From contig CAZOOM010000001.1 in assembly GCA_964581425.1 (NCBI GenBank), positions 5,183 to 69,182 of the forward strand: DNA of 64,000 nucleotides, given 5' to 3'. Within the stretch, counting starts at the first letter, position 1; each line of letters starts with the position of its first letter. This document shows positions 56,327 through 64,000 of the stretch, piece by piece. Both the position numbers and the translations under genes were made by a program. The DNA comes from an uncultured bacterium. GTDB taxonomy: Bacteria > Omnitrophota > Omnitrophia > Omnitrophales > Aquincolibacteriaceae. The notes beneath the pieces were generated by a model. The model searched no databases and was not told the DNA's origin. It was given only the letters and a program-made list of their open reading frames with translations.

Positions 56327-57217
56327 GTGGCTCAGACTTTAAAAGTGGATCGAAAAACAGCGCTTCTTGTTTTCTTATTTGAAAAGCTTGCTGATATGAA
56401 AAAGACGCGCGTGCGTCAGCTTCTCAAATTCGGATGCGTGGTGGTGAACCAGCAAGTGGTCACTCAATTTGATCATCCGCTGGAGCCTGGTGATGAAGTC
56501 CGGATAGAAGGTTCCAAAGCACGAGCAGCCACGCCTTCGTTACTTTTTCAGATCCAAATCCTTTTTGAAGATGGACAGCTGATTGCCATCAATAAACCCG
56601 CAGGACTTTTAAGCATTGCGACCGAGAAAGTTTAGCGCGAGACTGCTATTTTTGCAGTAAACGATTATTTAAATAAAAAAGCTGAAGCAGTGAAATACTC
56701 TTCAGGTCGTTATCAAAAGCGCGTTTTTATTGTGCATCGATTGGACCGCGATGTTTCCGGTGTCATGATTTTTGCAAAAAATGAAGAGGTTAAATTTAGA
56801 CTGCAGGAAAACTGGGATCAGTTTACTAAAGAATATTGCGCGGTGGTTGAAGGTGCTCCTCCTGAGTCCTCGGGAACTTGCGTGAGTTATCTTGCAGAAA
56901 ACTCCATCCTGCGTGTGGTGAGCGGACCTAGGCGTCCTGGAGCTAAAGAAGCCGTTACGCATTATGAAGTGATGAAAAAGGGAAGAGATTATTCACTGCT
57001 TGCCATTCGCTTAGGCACCGGAAGAAAACATCAAATCCGCGTTCAACTTGCGGATCTCGGTTGTCCGATTGCTGGGGACAAAGATTATGGAGCTCAGACC
57101 AATCCCATCAAACGTATTGCGCTTCACGCGCGCGAACTTCATTTGATTCATCCCATGACGGGTGAACCGCTTGATTTGATCTGCCCGATTCCCGAACCCT
57201 TCAAACGTCTTGTCTGA
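56327..57217 (+). pseudogene. RluA-family pseudouridine synthase with an S4-like N-terminal domain. It is interrupted by a single in-frame TAG at 56633-56635.
   Basis: Track ORFs 56327..56635 and 56690..57217 are in the same frame. The 54 nt between them contain no further stop. The merged translation ...INKPAGLLSIATEKV*RETAIFAVNDYLNKK...VHRLDRDVSGVMIFAKNEE...GRKHQIRVQLADLGCPIAGDKDYG is a complete RluA/RluD-type enzyme. TAG is used as a normal stop elsewhere in the window. Confidence 0.6.
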
Positions 57218-57235
57218 TTTTTATTTCATGCGGGA

Positions 57236-57595
57236 TTAGGCATCTCGGTGAACGGTATTTGGAGAAAAGGCGGGGAGACAAACCGCAATATATTCGCAGT
57301 CACTTGAAGGGGTACTGTACTGCACCCATTCGCCTTTAGGAATGATTACAGCCTGATTTTCTTTGACATCAAACTCTGCAGAGTTTGTTTTTACGTGAAG
57401 CGTTCCTTTTGAAACCAGTGTGTATTCATCAAATTCCGGAGTTTGTCCAGGCTCCACCCAGCCTTTGGGACTTTTCATGCGTGCCATGCTGAGATCGGAA
57501 GTCTTTGAATTGACTCGGCCAATGAACTCTTCAATCTGTTTGGGTTTGTTTCCTGCTGCTTGGATGATAGAAGCCTTTGCAATCAGTGTCGCCAT
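57236..57595 (-). CDS. Cupin-domain protein.
   Basis: It is 119 aa and its beta-strand pattern fits cupin_2, with GTLHVKTNSAEFDVKENQAVIIPKGEWVQY. Confidence 0.55.
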   Translation of the reverse strand: MATLIAKASIIQAAGNKPKQIEEFIGRVNSKTSDLSMARMKSPKGWVEPGQTPEFDEYTLVSKGTLHVKTNSAEFDVKENQAVIIPKGEWVQYSTPSSDCEYIAVCLPAFSPNTVHRDA

Positions 57596-57600
57596 TTTGA

Positions 57601-58005
57601 TTATTTCCCTCCCATTATTTTTTTGAGATTTTCTAGATCTTGTTTCACTAATTTTAAATCTTGGAAAAACTGGGCTTCAGTCATAGCTCTTCTTTGGAAG
57701 AGAGTGAATGTGATTTCACTCCCAGAAGCATTGGAGATAACGCGCATGGGGACATAGATTTTTTCTCCTGAGGCAGAGGTAATGAAGTGATCTAAAACTC
57801 CAAATTTATTTTTCTCACTCATTTTGATTTTGACTGGGCCTTGATCTGTTTGAAGAATCCACTTCCCATTTGCTTTGTGAATAGATTTCGCAAACGTTGT
57901 TGCCCATTTGGGAAGATTGAGAGGATTGGAAACAAACTTGTAAATCTCGCTGGCGCTGCAATTGATCCCAAGTGCCAGGGTGCTTGTTTTGAGTGGAGCG
58001 TTCAT
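57601..58005 (-). CDS. SRPBCC (START/Bet v1-like, polyketide-cyclase-2 type) small protein.
   Basis: It is 134 aa with the pattern EIYKFVSNPLNLPKWATTF. It lies 5 nt from the cupin gene on the same strand. Confidence 0.5.
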   Translation of the reverse strand: MNAPLKTSTLALGINCSASEIYKFVSNPLNLPKWATTFAKSIHKANGKWILQTDQGPVKIKMSEKNKFGVLDHFITSASGEKIYVPMRVISNASGSEITFTLFQRRAMTEAQFFQDLKLVKQDLENLKKIMGGK

Positions 58006-58259
58006 GGAGCTGAATTATACGACAGTTATGCTTAGGGTGATAAGATGCCTCTCTTCTTGCGTCTCCTGAGTGGGCGTCAAAGCGGATTTCCATTTTGAGC
58101 AAACATGATGTATTGTTTACATATCTCGTTAAAGCATTATGTTGTATGGATTTAAGTCATTGATAAAAAATGATTTTGAGAGCCTTTTAAAGCTGCTAGA
58201 TGTTAAGTGGCTTTTGGGGCCCGACGGCAGTTGAATGAATTCGAACAAAGGATTGCTTT

Positions 58260-59570
58260 GTGAAAATATTATTTTTTACCCGGGAATTTTTGGGGGCCAG
58301 CCTTTGCCTCCGATTAGTGGCTGAAGGCCATCAGGTGAAAGCTCATGTCACCGACCCGGAGTCATTTCATACGCTTGACGGATGGATCGAAAAATTTCCA
58401 AGTTTACCGGCGGGGCTTGATTGGGTAGGCCGCGATGGGTTGATTATTTTTGATGATATCGGGTTTGGAGTTTTACAGGATCAGCTGCGGCGCGAAGGAT
58501 TCTTTGTGGTGGGTGCCAGCGAGCAGAGCGAAAAGCTGGAAGAAAATCGAAGTTATGGGCAGCGGATTTTTTTAGAAAACGGTCTCAAAACCATCCCTAG
58601 TCATCTTTTTTCTTCGGCAGGAGAGGCCGCTCAATTTGTGGAAAAAAACGGCGGAGAGTGGGTTGTCAAGCGCAACGGACGAGATGAAAAAATGTCCGTT
58701 TACGTGGGAAAGCTTCCGGACGGTCGTGATGTTGCCAATCTTTTGAGGCATGATGTCCAAAACGGGAATGAGAGTGCATCTGGTTACATCTTACAAAAAA
58801 GAATTCGAGGGATTGAAATGGCCACCGGGCGATTTTTTAATGGCACGGATTGGGTCGGACCGGTTCAGCTGAATGTGGAACACAAAAAACTTTTTCCCGG
58901 TGACTTGGGTCCCATGACTGGCGAGATGGGCACGCTGGTTTGGCACACCGGCGAACAAAACCGGCTTTTCCAGGAAATTCTGGCGCCGCTTCAATCTTAT
59001 TTGAGAAAGAGCGGTTTCCGGGGTTATGCGGATATCAATTGCATGGTCAATGAAGAAGGGGCGTGGCCGCTCGAAGCTACGATCCGTTTCGGGTATCCTA
59101 CGGTTCAAGCGCAGATGGCTTTGCATGAATCCCCCTGGGGAGAGTTACTCAGTGCACTGGCTCGCGGGCAAAGTTATCCGTTGCATTTGAAATCCGGTTA
59201 CTCTGTGGTGGTCCTGGTGGCCTGTCCGCCGTTTCCATTCAGTGTGGTGAGCCGCGACAGTTTCACCACGCCGCGAGGATTGCACGTTCATTTTAAAACG
59301 CTACCGAGTGAGGAAGATTTCCGGCACATTCATTTTGAGGATGTGGACCGGCATCCAAACCAGATTGGCGGTGTGGATTACATTGTGGCCTACAACACCG
59401 GATTTGTTCTTCACGTAACGGGGCATGGCGATACGGTGGAAAAGGCGCGTCAGGCTGCTTATCAACGGATTTCAAACATTGTCATCCCCCGTATGTACTA
59501 CCGCACTGACATCGGAGAAAAATTTCTTCACGAAGATGAGGAAAAGCTCCGCTCCTGGGGATATTTATGA
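58260..59570 (+). CDS. PurD-like (phosphoribosylamine-glycine ligase fold) ATP-grasp ligase paralog.
   Basis: GTG start. Colinear similarity to PurD across the ATP-grasp region (VVKRNGRDEKMSVYVGKLPDG, MTGEMGTLVWHTG, YADINCMVNEEGAWPLEATIRFGYP) and across the C-terminal domain (VLHVTGHGDTVEKARQAAYQRI). It lacks the PurD N-terminal GGREHA motif. Confidence 0.7.
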   Translation: MKILFFTREFLGASLCLRLVAEGHQVKAHVTDPESFHTLDGWIEKFPSLPAGLDWVGRDGLIIFDDIGFGVLQDQLRREGFFVVGASEQSEKLEENRSYGQRIFLENGLKTIPSHLFSSAGEAAQFVEKNGGEWVVKRNGRDEKMSVYVGKLPDGRDVANLLRHDVQNGNESASGYILQKRIRGIEMATGRFFNGTDWVGPVQLNVEHKKLFPGDLGPMTGEMGTLVWHTGEQNRLFQEILAPLQSYLRKSGFRGYADINCMVNEEGAWPLEATIRFGYPTVQAQMALHESPWGELLSALARGQSYPLHLKSGYSVVVLVACPPFPFSVVSRDSFTTPRGLHVHFKTLPSEEDFRHIHFEDVDRHPNQIGGVDYIVAYNTGFVLHVTGHGDTVEKARQAAYQRISNIVIPRMYYRTDIGEKFLHEDEEKLRSWGYL

Positions 59571-60118
59571 AAGGGGCCATGCTTCGATTTGAGACAAATC
59601 CGCCGCTTACGGATTTTTTGGCGGTGGATTTGAAAAAACTGGAGGAAACGTGTTTTCCTGCTTCTTGGATCGAACCAGATGTTCACCATTTTTATGAGTC
59701 CGAGCTGAAAAAAAAGGGAACACTCAGCATTTTTGTTTTTGATTCAGATCGTGTTGTAGGGTTTGCGTTGGCATTGCCTCAGCCTGAGGCGATCCCTCAT
59801 CTTCTTGAGGCCGATTCTATTTTGCGTGAGGACCGCACCTTAATGTATTTGGAAACAATTCAGATCACTCCTTCACTGCGAGGAAAAGGGTACGGGAAAA
59901 AACTTCTGAGCATGATGACGGAGCTTTGTCGTGAGCGGGGATATTTAGGGCTGGCCATGCATGCCAGAGTCTCGAATGGTTTTAATGAAATTGCAAAACA
60001 GATTCCAGGAACGCGAGTTCAGTCGTCCCGTCTTGTGACCTCATGGCCTTTTGGCGGTCATGAGCCTTTCGAATATCTGGAGCTTTGGTTTGTAGATTCC
60101 AGGGGCGGTCTTGTATGA
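59567..60118 (+). CDS. GNAT-family N-acetyltransferase.
   Basis: MYLETIQITPSLRGKGYGKKLL matches the acetyl-CoA-binding motif Q/RxxGxG/A. Its start overlaps the ATP-grasp stop as ATGA. Confidence 0.75.
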   Translation: MKGAMLRFETNPPLTDFLAVDLKKLEETCFPASWIEPDVHHFYESELKKKGTLSIFVFDSDRVVGFALALPQPEAIPHLLEADSILREDRTLMYLETIQITPSLRGKGYGKKLLSMMTELCRERGYLGLAMHARVSNGFNEIAKQIPGTRVQSSRLVTSWPFGGHEPFEYLELWFVDSRGGLV

Positions 60119-60609
60119 TGCTCGTTCCTAAATTCCGCTACCTGATGATCGGGCATTTAGTGAATGCACTTCTCGATTATGGTGGTGATTATATTCTCTA
60201 TCCGGCTGTCATTTGGAAATTTGGACTTTGGAAGGGCGGGGCCATTATGTCCTGCATCTCCCTTACTCTTTGCTGGTGCATCTTAAAATTTTATGACTGG
60301 TCCAAAAAAGACTGGCTGGGAATCGAGGCTCTTAAGTCTCTGAAAACTTATGATGGGGACAGTCGAGCTGGGCGCATCCTGAGTTGGACTATGCGTCAAA
60401 GTGATCCGGTTGCCTGCATCCTTCTCTCAATTTCTCACGATCCGTTCATAACAACCGCCTACCTTCGCCGCGGCCATTTTGGGGGCATGGACAAACGGGA
60501 TTGGAAAATTTTTCTGCTCAGTTGGTTAATTTGCAATGTTTGGTGGTCGCTTTTATGCTTCGCCGGCGTGGAAACCCTTTCTGAACTCTGGCATTGGCTA
60601 TTTTCCTGA
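60115..60609 (+). CDS. Small integral membrane protein of unknown function.
   Basis: Four predicted helices, Trp/Cys-rich. Its start ATG overlaps the GNAT stop as ATGA. The track ORF begins at 60085. Confidence 0.5.
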   Translation: MMLVPKFRYLMIGHLVNALLDYGGDYILYPAVIWKFGLWKGGAIMSCISLTLCWCILKFYDWSKKDWLGIEALKSLKTYDGDSRAGRILSWTMRQSDPVACILLSISHDPFITTAYLRRGHFGGMDKRDWKIFLLSWLICNVWWSLLCFAGVETLSELWHWLFS

Positions 60610-60658
60610 CCGCCATAAATCGGATGGACGTTCCTCCTTCAGGAAATATAATGAACTC

Positions 60659-61588
60659 ATGACCGAAACTGATTTTTTTCCCCCCAACTGGTATGCGATT
60701 GCGGAATCGAGAGAAGTTGCTTCCCGTAAGCCTTTGTCGATGAAGCGCTTTGGTGTGGAGTTGGTGCTTTGGAGAGATCATTCAGGAAATCTTTCCATTA
60801 TGCGTGACTTGTGCCCTCATCGTTCTGTTAAATTAAGTCAGGGGACGATTCGCGGGGACGTATTGCAGTGCTGTTTTCACGGTTTTCAATTCTCTTCTCA
60901 AGGACGGTGTCGTTATGTTCCTGAAATCAAGCGTGATGCTCCAGGCCTTCAGGTTCAAACATTCCGAAACTGTGAAAAGTATGGATTCATCTGGATTTGG
61001 TGGCCGGAGAGCGAACCTGAAAAAAATCATGAGCCCGCTTGGTTTGATGAAATTAAGCCCGACATGGTTTGGACGTCTCTCCATCAAACTTGGAACAGTC
61101 ACGTGACACGTTGTATTGAAAACCAGTTGGATTACGCACATCTGCCTTTTTTACACCGAAAATCTATCGGGCGCCACTTTGATCCCTCGCGGGAAGTATT
61201 TTTTGAACTTACGAAAGACGGTATTCGATTTTTTTTCGAATCAGATCCAAACAAAGATAAGACCCTGCTGGCTTTCCGGATGCCGAATCTCTGGATCAAT
61301 AAAATCACGTCGAGGTATGTTTTGCTTGTGGCATTTGCACCGATCGATGAGACTCAGACCAAATTTTACGTGCGCACCTATCAGAATTTTTTGAAAGTGC
61401 CCGTGCTTGGGCCGCTTGTTACGGGATTCATGAATCAAGTGAACAAATTGATTTTGCGCGAAGATCGAAGTGCTGTGGAAACGCATCCTCGCGGCCTTTC
61501 AAGTTTGCAAGCTTCTTTTGAAAGACTCTTTCCAAGCGACAAAGGCATTCGGCATTTTCGGTCGCTTTGGTCAGGATCTGTTTCCTGA
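60659..61588 (+). CDS. Rieske [2Fe-2S] non-heme-iron oxygenase (PaO/Tic55/CMO-like).
   Basis: Rieske motif CPHR-x16-CCFHG at about 60812-60880. The mononuclear-iron motif is ENQLDYAHLPFLH (E-x3-D-x2-H-x4-H). Start ATG 60659 with an AGGAAA RBS. The track ORF begins at 60536. Confidence 0.8.
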   Translation: MTETDFFPPNWYAIAESREVASRKPLSMKRFGVELVLWRDHSGNLSIMRDLCPHRSVKLSQGTIRGDVLQCCFHGFQFSSQGRCRYVPEIKRDAPGLQVQTFRNCEKYGFIWIWWPESEPEKNHEPAWFDEIKPDMVWTSLHQTWNSHVTRCIENQLDYAHLPFLHRKSIGRHFDPSREVFFELTKDGIRFFFESDPNKDKTLLAFRMPNLWINKITSRYVLLVAFAPIDETQTKFYVRTYQNFLKVPVLGPLVTGFMNQVNKLILREDRSAVETHPRGLSSLQASFERLFPSDKGIRHFRSLWSGSVS

Positions 61589-61596
61589 ATGGGAAC

Positions 61597-62076
61597 TTAA
61601 GATCGCTCGCGCTTGATGCTTTGAATGACCTGGTCTAGGCTGTGAAGAAAGTTAGAGCGGTCTTCTTTTTGAAACGGACGAGGTCCGCCGCCGGAAACTT
61701 CTCCGGTATTTCGAAGTTCAGTCATGAGGTCCCGCATCGCAAGAAGGTGTCCGATATTTTCTTCGGTGAATACTTCACCGTTTGAGCTAATTCCTCGAGC
61801 GCCATTTTTCACAATTCGATAGGCGAGAGGAATATCCGCCGTGATGACGATATCATTTTTCGCCGCATGTTCTGCGATCCAGTCATCCACCGCATCCAGC
61901 TGTCGGCTTTCGACCACGATTTGCTTTGCACTTTCCGCGCCGCAGATGCGCATCGATGAATTGGATACGAAGGTCACGCTGAGTGCGTGCCGCTTTGCAA
62001 CTTTCAACACTTCTTGTTTGACTGGGCACGCATCCGCATCGACAAATATTTCCAACATCCTATTCTCCGAATCCAT
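61597..62076 (-). CDS. UPF0178/YaiI-family (DUF188) protein.
   Basis: MLEIFVDADACPVKQEVLKVAKRH matches the YaiI N-terminal signature. It is 159 aa. Confidence 0.75.
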   Translation of the reverse strand: MDSENRMLEIFVDADACPVKQEVLKVAKRHALSVTFVSNSSMRICGAESAKQIVVESRQLDAVDDWIAEHAAKNDIVITADIPLAYRIVKNGARGISSNGEVFTEENIGHLLAMRDLMTELRNTGEVSGGGPRPFQKEDRSNFLHSLDQVIQSIKRERS

Positions 62077-62244
62077 GGATTACCATGAATGGTTTCCTAA
62101 GCTCACTTGGGACTGTGACACGCGTCACGCGTAATTTCCCAAACTCCTGATACACTTTAACACAGTCTAGTCCCGCCACCCAACCGTGATGGACGCGGCA
62201 CTCGTCCATTTCCCTTTTTAATAACCGAATAACGCTAAGGATTT

Positions 62245-63984
62245 ATGACACCAACAATCTATGCTTCATGCGAGCGCGGTACTAAACCCCGCATTCTTTT
62301 TTCAAGCGTATTTGGTCCCTATGCCCAGGACGACGAGTTTGGCAGCCGGAAAATCAATCCCATGGAGCTTTACCATAATCAGGTGACGCGCACTCAAGGA
62401 GCTTTTTCGCTTCGGATGTTTCACCGCTCCTGGGGACTGATGATGATCCAGGCAAATATTCAGGCTCCATGTGCCATGCTGGATTTCCCGACACTTGAGC
62501 GATTTATCGAAGAAATTACTCAGAATCAATATGACATCATTGGTATCAGCGCCATCATGCCGAACATTGGTAAGGTCAAAGAGATGTGCCGTTTGATTCG
62601 TCTGCATCAACCCAAGGCGATCATCGTGGTGGGTGGGCACATTTCCAACATGACAGACATTCGTAACCGGGTGGATGCAGATCACATTGCGACGGGCGAT
62701 GGAGTTCACTGGTTCCGGCATTTTCTCGGCGAAGACGTGTCTCAGAAAGTGAATCATCCGCTCATCCTTTCGGGGATCAACACGCGCTCGATGGGGCTTG
62801 ATGTGCGGCGCAAAAAAGGGGAAGTGGCGGCGACGCTCATTCCTTCTGTGGGATGTCCAATGGGATGCAATTTCTGCGCGACGACCGCGATGTTCGGCGG
62901 CAAAGGAAAGTTCGTCAATTACTATGAAACGGGCGACGAGCTTTTTCACGTGATGTGCGAAATCGAACGCGATCTCGAGATCCGATCATTTTTTGTGATG
63001 GACGAAAATTTCTTGCTGCATCGCAAGCGTGCGCTTCGAGTTTTAGAACTCATGGAGCAGCATCAAAAATCGTGGTCGCTTTATGTCTTTAGTTCCGCGC
63101 GTGTGCTTCTTTCCTACACCATCGATCAACTGGTAGGCCTCGGAATTTCCTGGGTGTGGATGGGACTCGAAGGAAAACAAAGTCAGTACGCCAAACTTTC
63201 AGGAGTTGATACGTTTGATTTAGTGAAACAGTTTCATTCTCACGGCATTCGCATTTTGGGTTCCAGCATCATCGGTCTCGAAGAACACAAGCCAGAAATC
63301 ATGGATGAAGTGATTGATTACGCCGTCGCACACGATACTGATTTTCACCAATTCATGCTTTACACTCCGATTCCCGGAACTCCGCTTCATGCCGAGCACG
63401 CAGCGGGCGGAACGCTTCTTGCTCAGGAAGAATTTGATGAGGCGGACATTCACGGGCAGCTCAAATTTAATTACAAACATCCTCACATCCAAAATGGAGA
63501 AGAAGGCGAATATTTAATTCGGGCCTTTGACCGGGATTATGAAAAAAATGGGCCGAGCGTTCTAAGAATTGCACGCACCACTTTGGAAGGCTGGAAGCGT
63601 TACAAAAATCATCCAAACAAACGCATCCAGGCGCGCTTTGCTTACGAAGCGAAAGAATTATGGGTGAAGTACGCGGGCTCACTTTGGGCGGCTCAGAAGT
63701 GGTTTCAGGATAATCCCCAGCTGCTCCAAAAAATCCAGGGCGTTTTAAAAGATATTCAAAATGAATTTGGGCTTAAATCCAAACTGGCTGCACCCATTGC
63801 CGGACGCATTGTTCTTTCAAAGATTAGAAAAGAAGCAAAATTTCTTGAGGATGGAAATACCTACGAACCGCCCACCTTCTATGAACTCAATCCTGCGATG
63901 ATGGCGCTTCGAAAAGACAAGCGTGTTGACTTCAAACCGGCCCGCTGGGCCATTCCCTTAGAAAAAGGGGCTGTCTGCAAATAG
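62245..63984 (+). CDS. B12-binding domain radical SAM protein (class B-like).
   Basis: N-terminal cobalamin-binding Rossmann segment DIIGISAIMPN...AIIVVGGH. Radical SAM cluster motif GCPMGCNFC (C-x3-C-x2-C) at about 62854-62877. It is 579 aa with a C-terminal helical domain. Confidence 0.85.
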   Translation: MTPTIYASCERGTKPRILFSSVFGPYAQDDEFGSRKINPMELYHNQVTRTQGAFSLRMFHRSWGLMMIQANIQAPCAMLDFPTLERFIEEITQNQYDIIGISAIMPNIGKVKEMCRLIRLHQPKAIIVVGGHISNMTDIRNRVDADHIATGDGVHWFRHFLGEDVSQKVNHPLILSGINTRSMGLDVRRKKGEVAATLIPSVGCPMGCNFCATTAMFGGKGKFVNYYETGDELFHVMCEIERDLEIRSFFVMDENFLLHRKRALRVLELMEQHQKSWSLYVFSSARVLLSYTIDQLVGLGISWVWMGLEGKQSQYAKLSGVDTFDLVKQFHSHGIRILGSSIIGLEEHKPEIMDEVIDYAVAHDTDFHQFMLYTPIPGTPLHAEHAAGGTLLAQEEFDEADIHGQLKFNYKHPHIQNGEEGEYLIRAFDRDYEKNGPSVLRIARTTLEGWKRYKNHPNKRIQARFAYEAKELWVKYAGSLWAAQKWFQDNPQLLQKIQGVLKDIQNEFGLKSKLAAPIAGRIVLSKIRKEAKFLEDGNTYEPPTFYELNPAMMALRKDKRVDFKPARWAIPLEKGAVCK

Positions 63985-64000
63985 GCAGACAGCTGAAGAA

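Noticed and set aside
60085-60659. Track start positions 60085 (membrane protein) and 60536 (Rieske oxygenase)
   Set aside because: Both extend upstream into the preceding genes. Internal ATGs at 60115 (ATGA overlap with the GNAT stop) and 60659 (AGGAAA RBS) give a compact coupled operon and remove implausible long overlaps.
62077-62244. Short palindromes GTGAC-ACGC-GTCAC and ATGGACG-CGGCACT-CGTCCAT between yaiI-like and the radical SAM gene
   Set aside because: They are short (5-7 bp arms) and could occur by chance. I noted them only as possible operator candidates, not reported as features.
1-64000. tRNA, rRNA, CRISPR array, transposase or integrase
   Set aside because: I scanned the intergenic regions by eye for tRNA T-loop or anticodon-arm patterns, regular short direct repeats, and transposase motifs (DDE). 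None were found. A tRNAscan or Infernal run would be needed to be definitive.

Overview
This 64 kb window looks like a chromosomal segment from a Gram-negative bacterium. It is about 45% GC and rich in hybrid histidine kinases whose H-box reads HDFNN, which suggests a Bdellovibrio-like or deltaproteobacterial-type genome. That lineage call is inference only.

Gene density is high and both strands are used. I found no rRNA, tRNA, CRISPR array, transposase or integrase.

Housekeeping genes I recognise:
- gpmA, ppa, uppP, a DEAD-box helicase, a Dps/Rrf2 pair and a CarD/CdnL-like regulator
- two RluA-family pseudouridine synthases, one cut by the window edge and one broken by an in-frame TAG
- a homospermidine synthase / ornithine-decarboxylase polyamine operon
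- two delta-9-type membrane desaturases
- nrfHA (respiratory nitrite ammonification) and a siroheme sulfite/nitrite reductase

Accessory content worth attention:
- A 2456-aa protein (19900-27270, minus strand) with three N-terminal ~150-aa tandem repeats, a roughly 850-aa polytopic membrane domain and a complete GH94 glycoside-phosphorylase module with the GDWND catalytic motif. This is cyclic-beta-1,2-glucan-synthase-like, but I cannot see a GT-A glycosyltransferase domain.
- An operon of hybrid sensor kinase (periplasmic PhnD-like binding domain), outer-membrane beta-barrel, second hybrid kinase, with two response regulators upstream.
- A glycan-modification cluster: GT-C (ArnT/PMT-like) membrane glycosyltransferase, FkbM methyltransferase, family-3 acyltransferase and a secreted esterase.
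- A 4-nt-overlap-coupled operon of PurD-like ATP-grasp ligase, GNAT, membrane protein and Rieske oxygenase, next to a B12-binding radical SAM gene.
- Two tandem secreted paralogs sharing a ~48-aa C-terminal domain I do not recognise, next to a Spy/CpxP-like LTXXQ protein.
- Two divergently arranged unconventional cation-channel genes: a 2-TM pore-loop protein with a deviant TGQG filter and a TMEM175/DUF1211 homolog.
- An AT-rich islet carrying a COG1373 AAA+ ATPase with a DUF4143 domain.
- Two short CDS missing from the ORF track: an RGG/zinc-ribbon protein and a small basic peptide.

Coordinates of starts I re-chose from the ORF track are approximate to about 1 nt.
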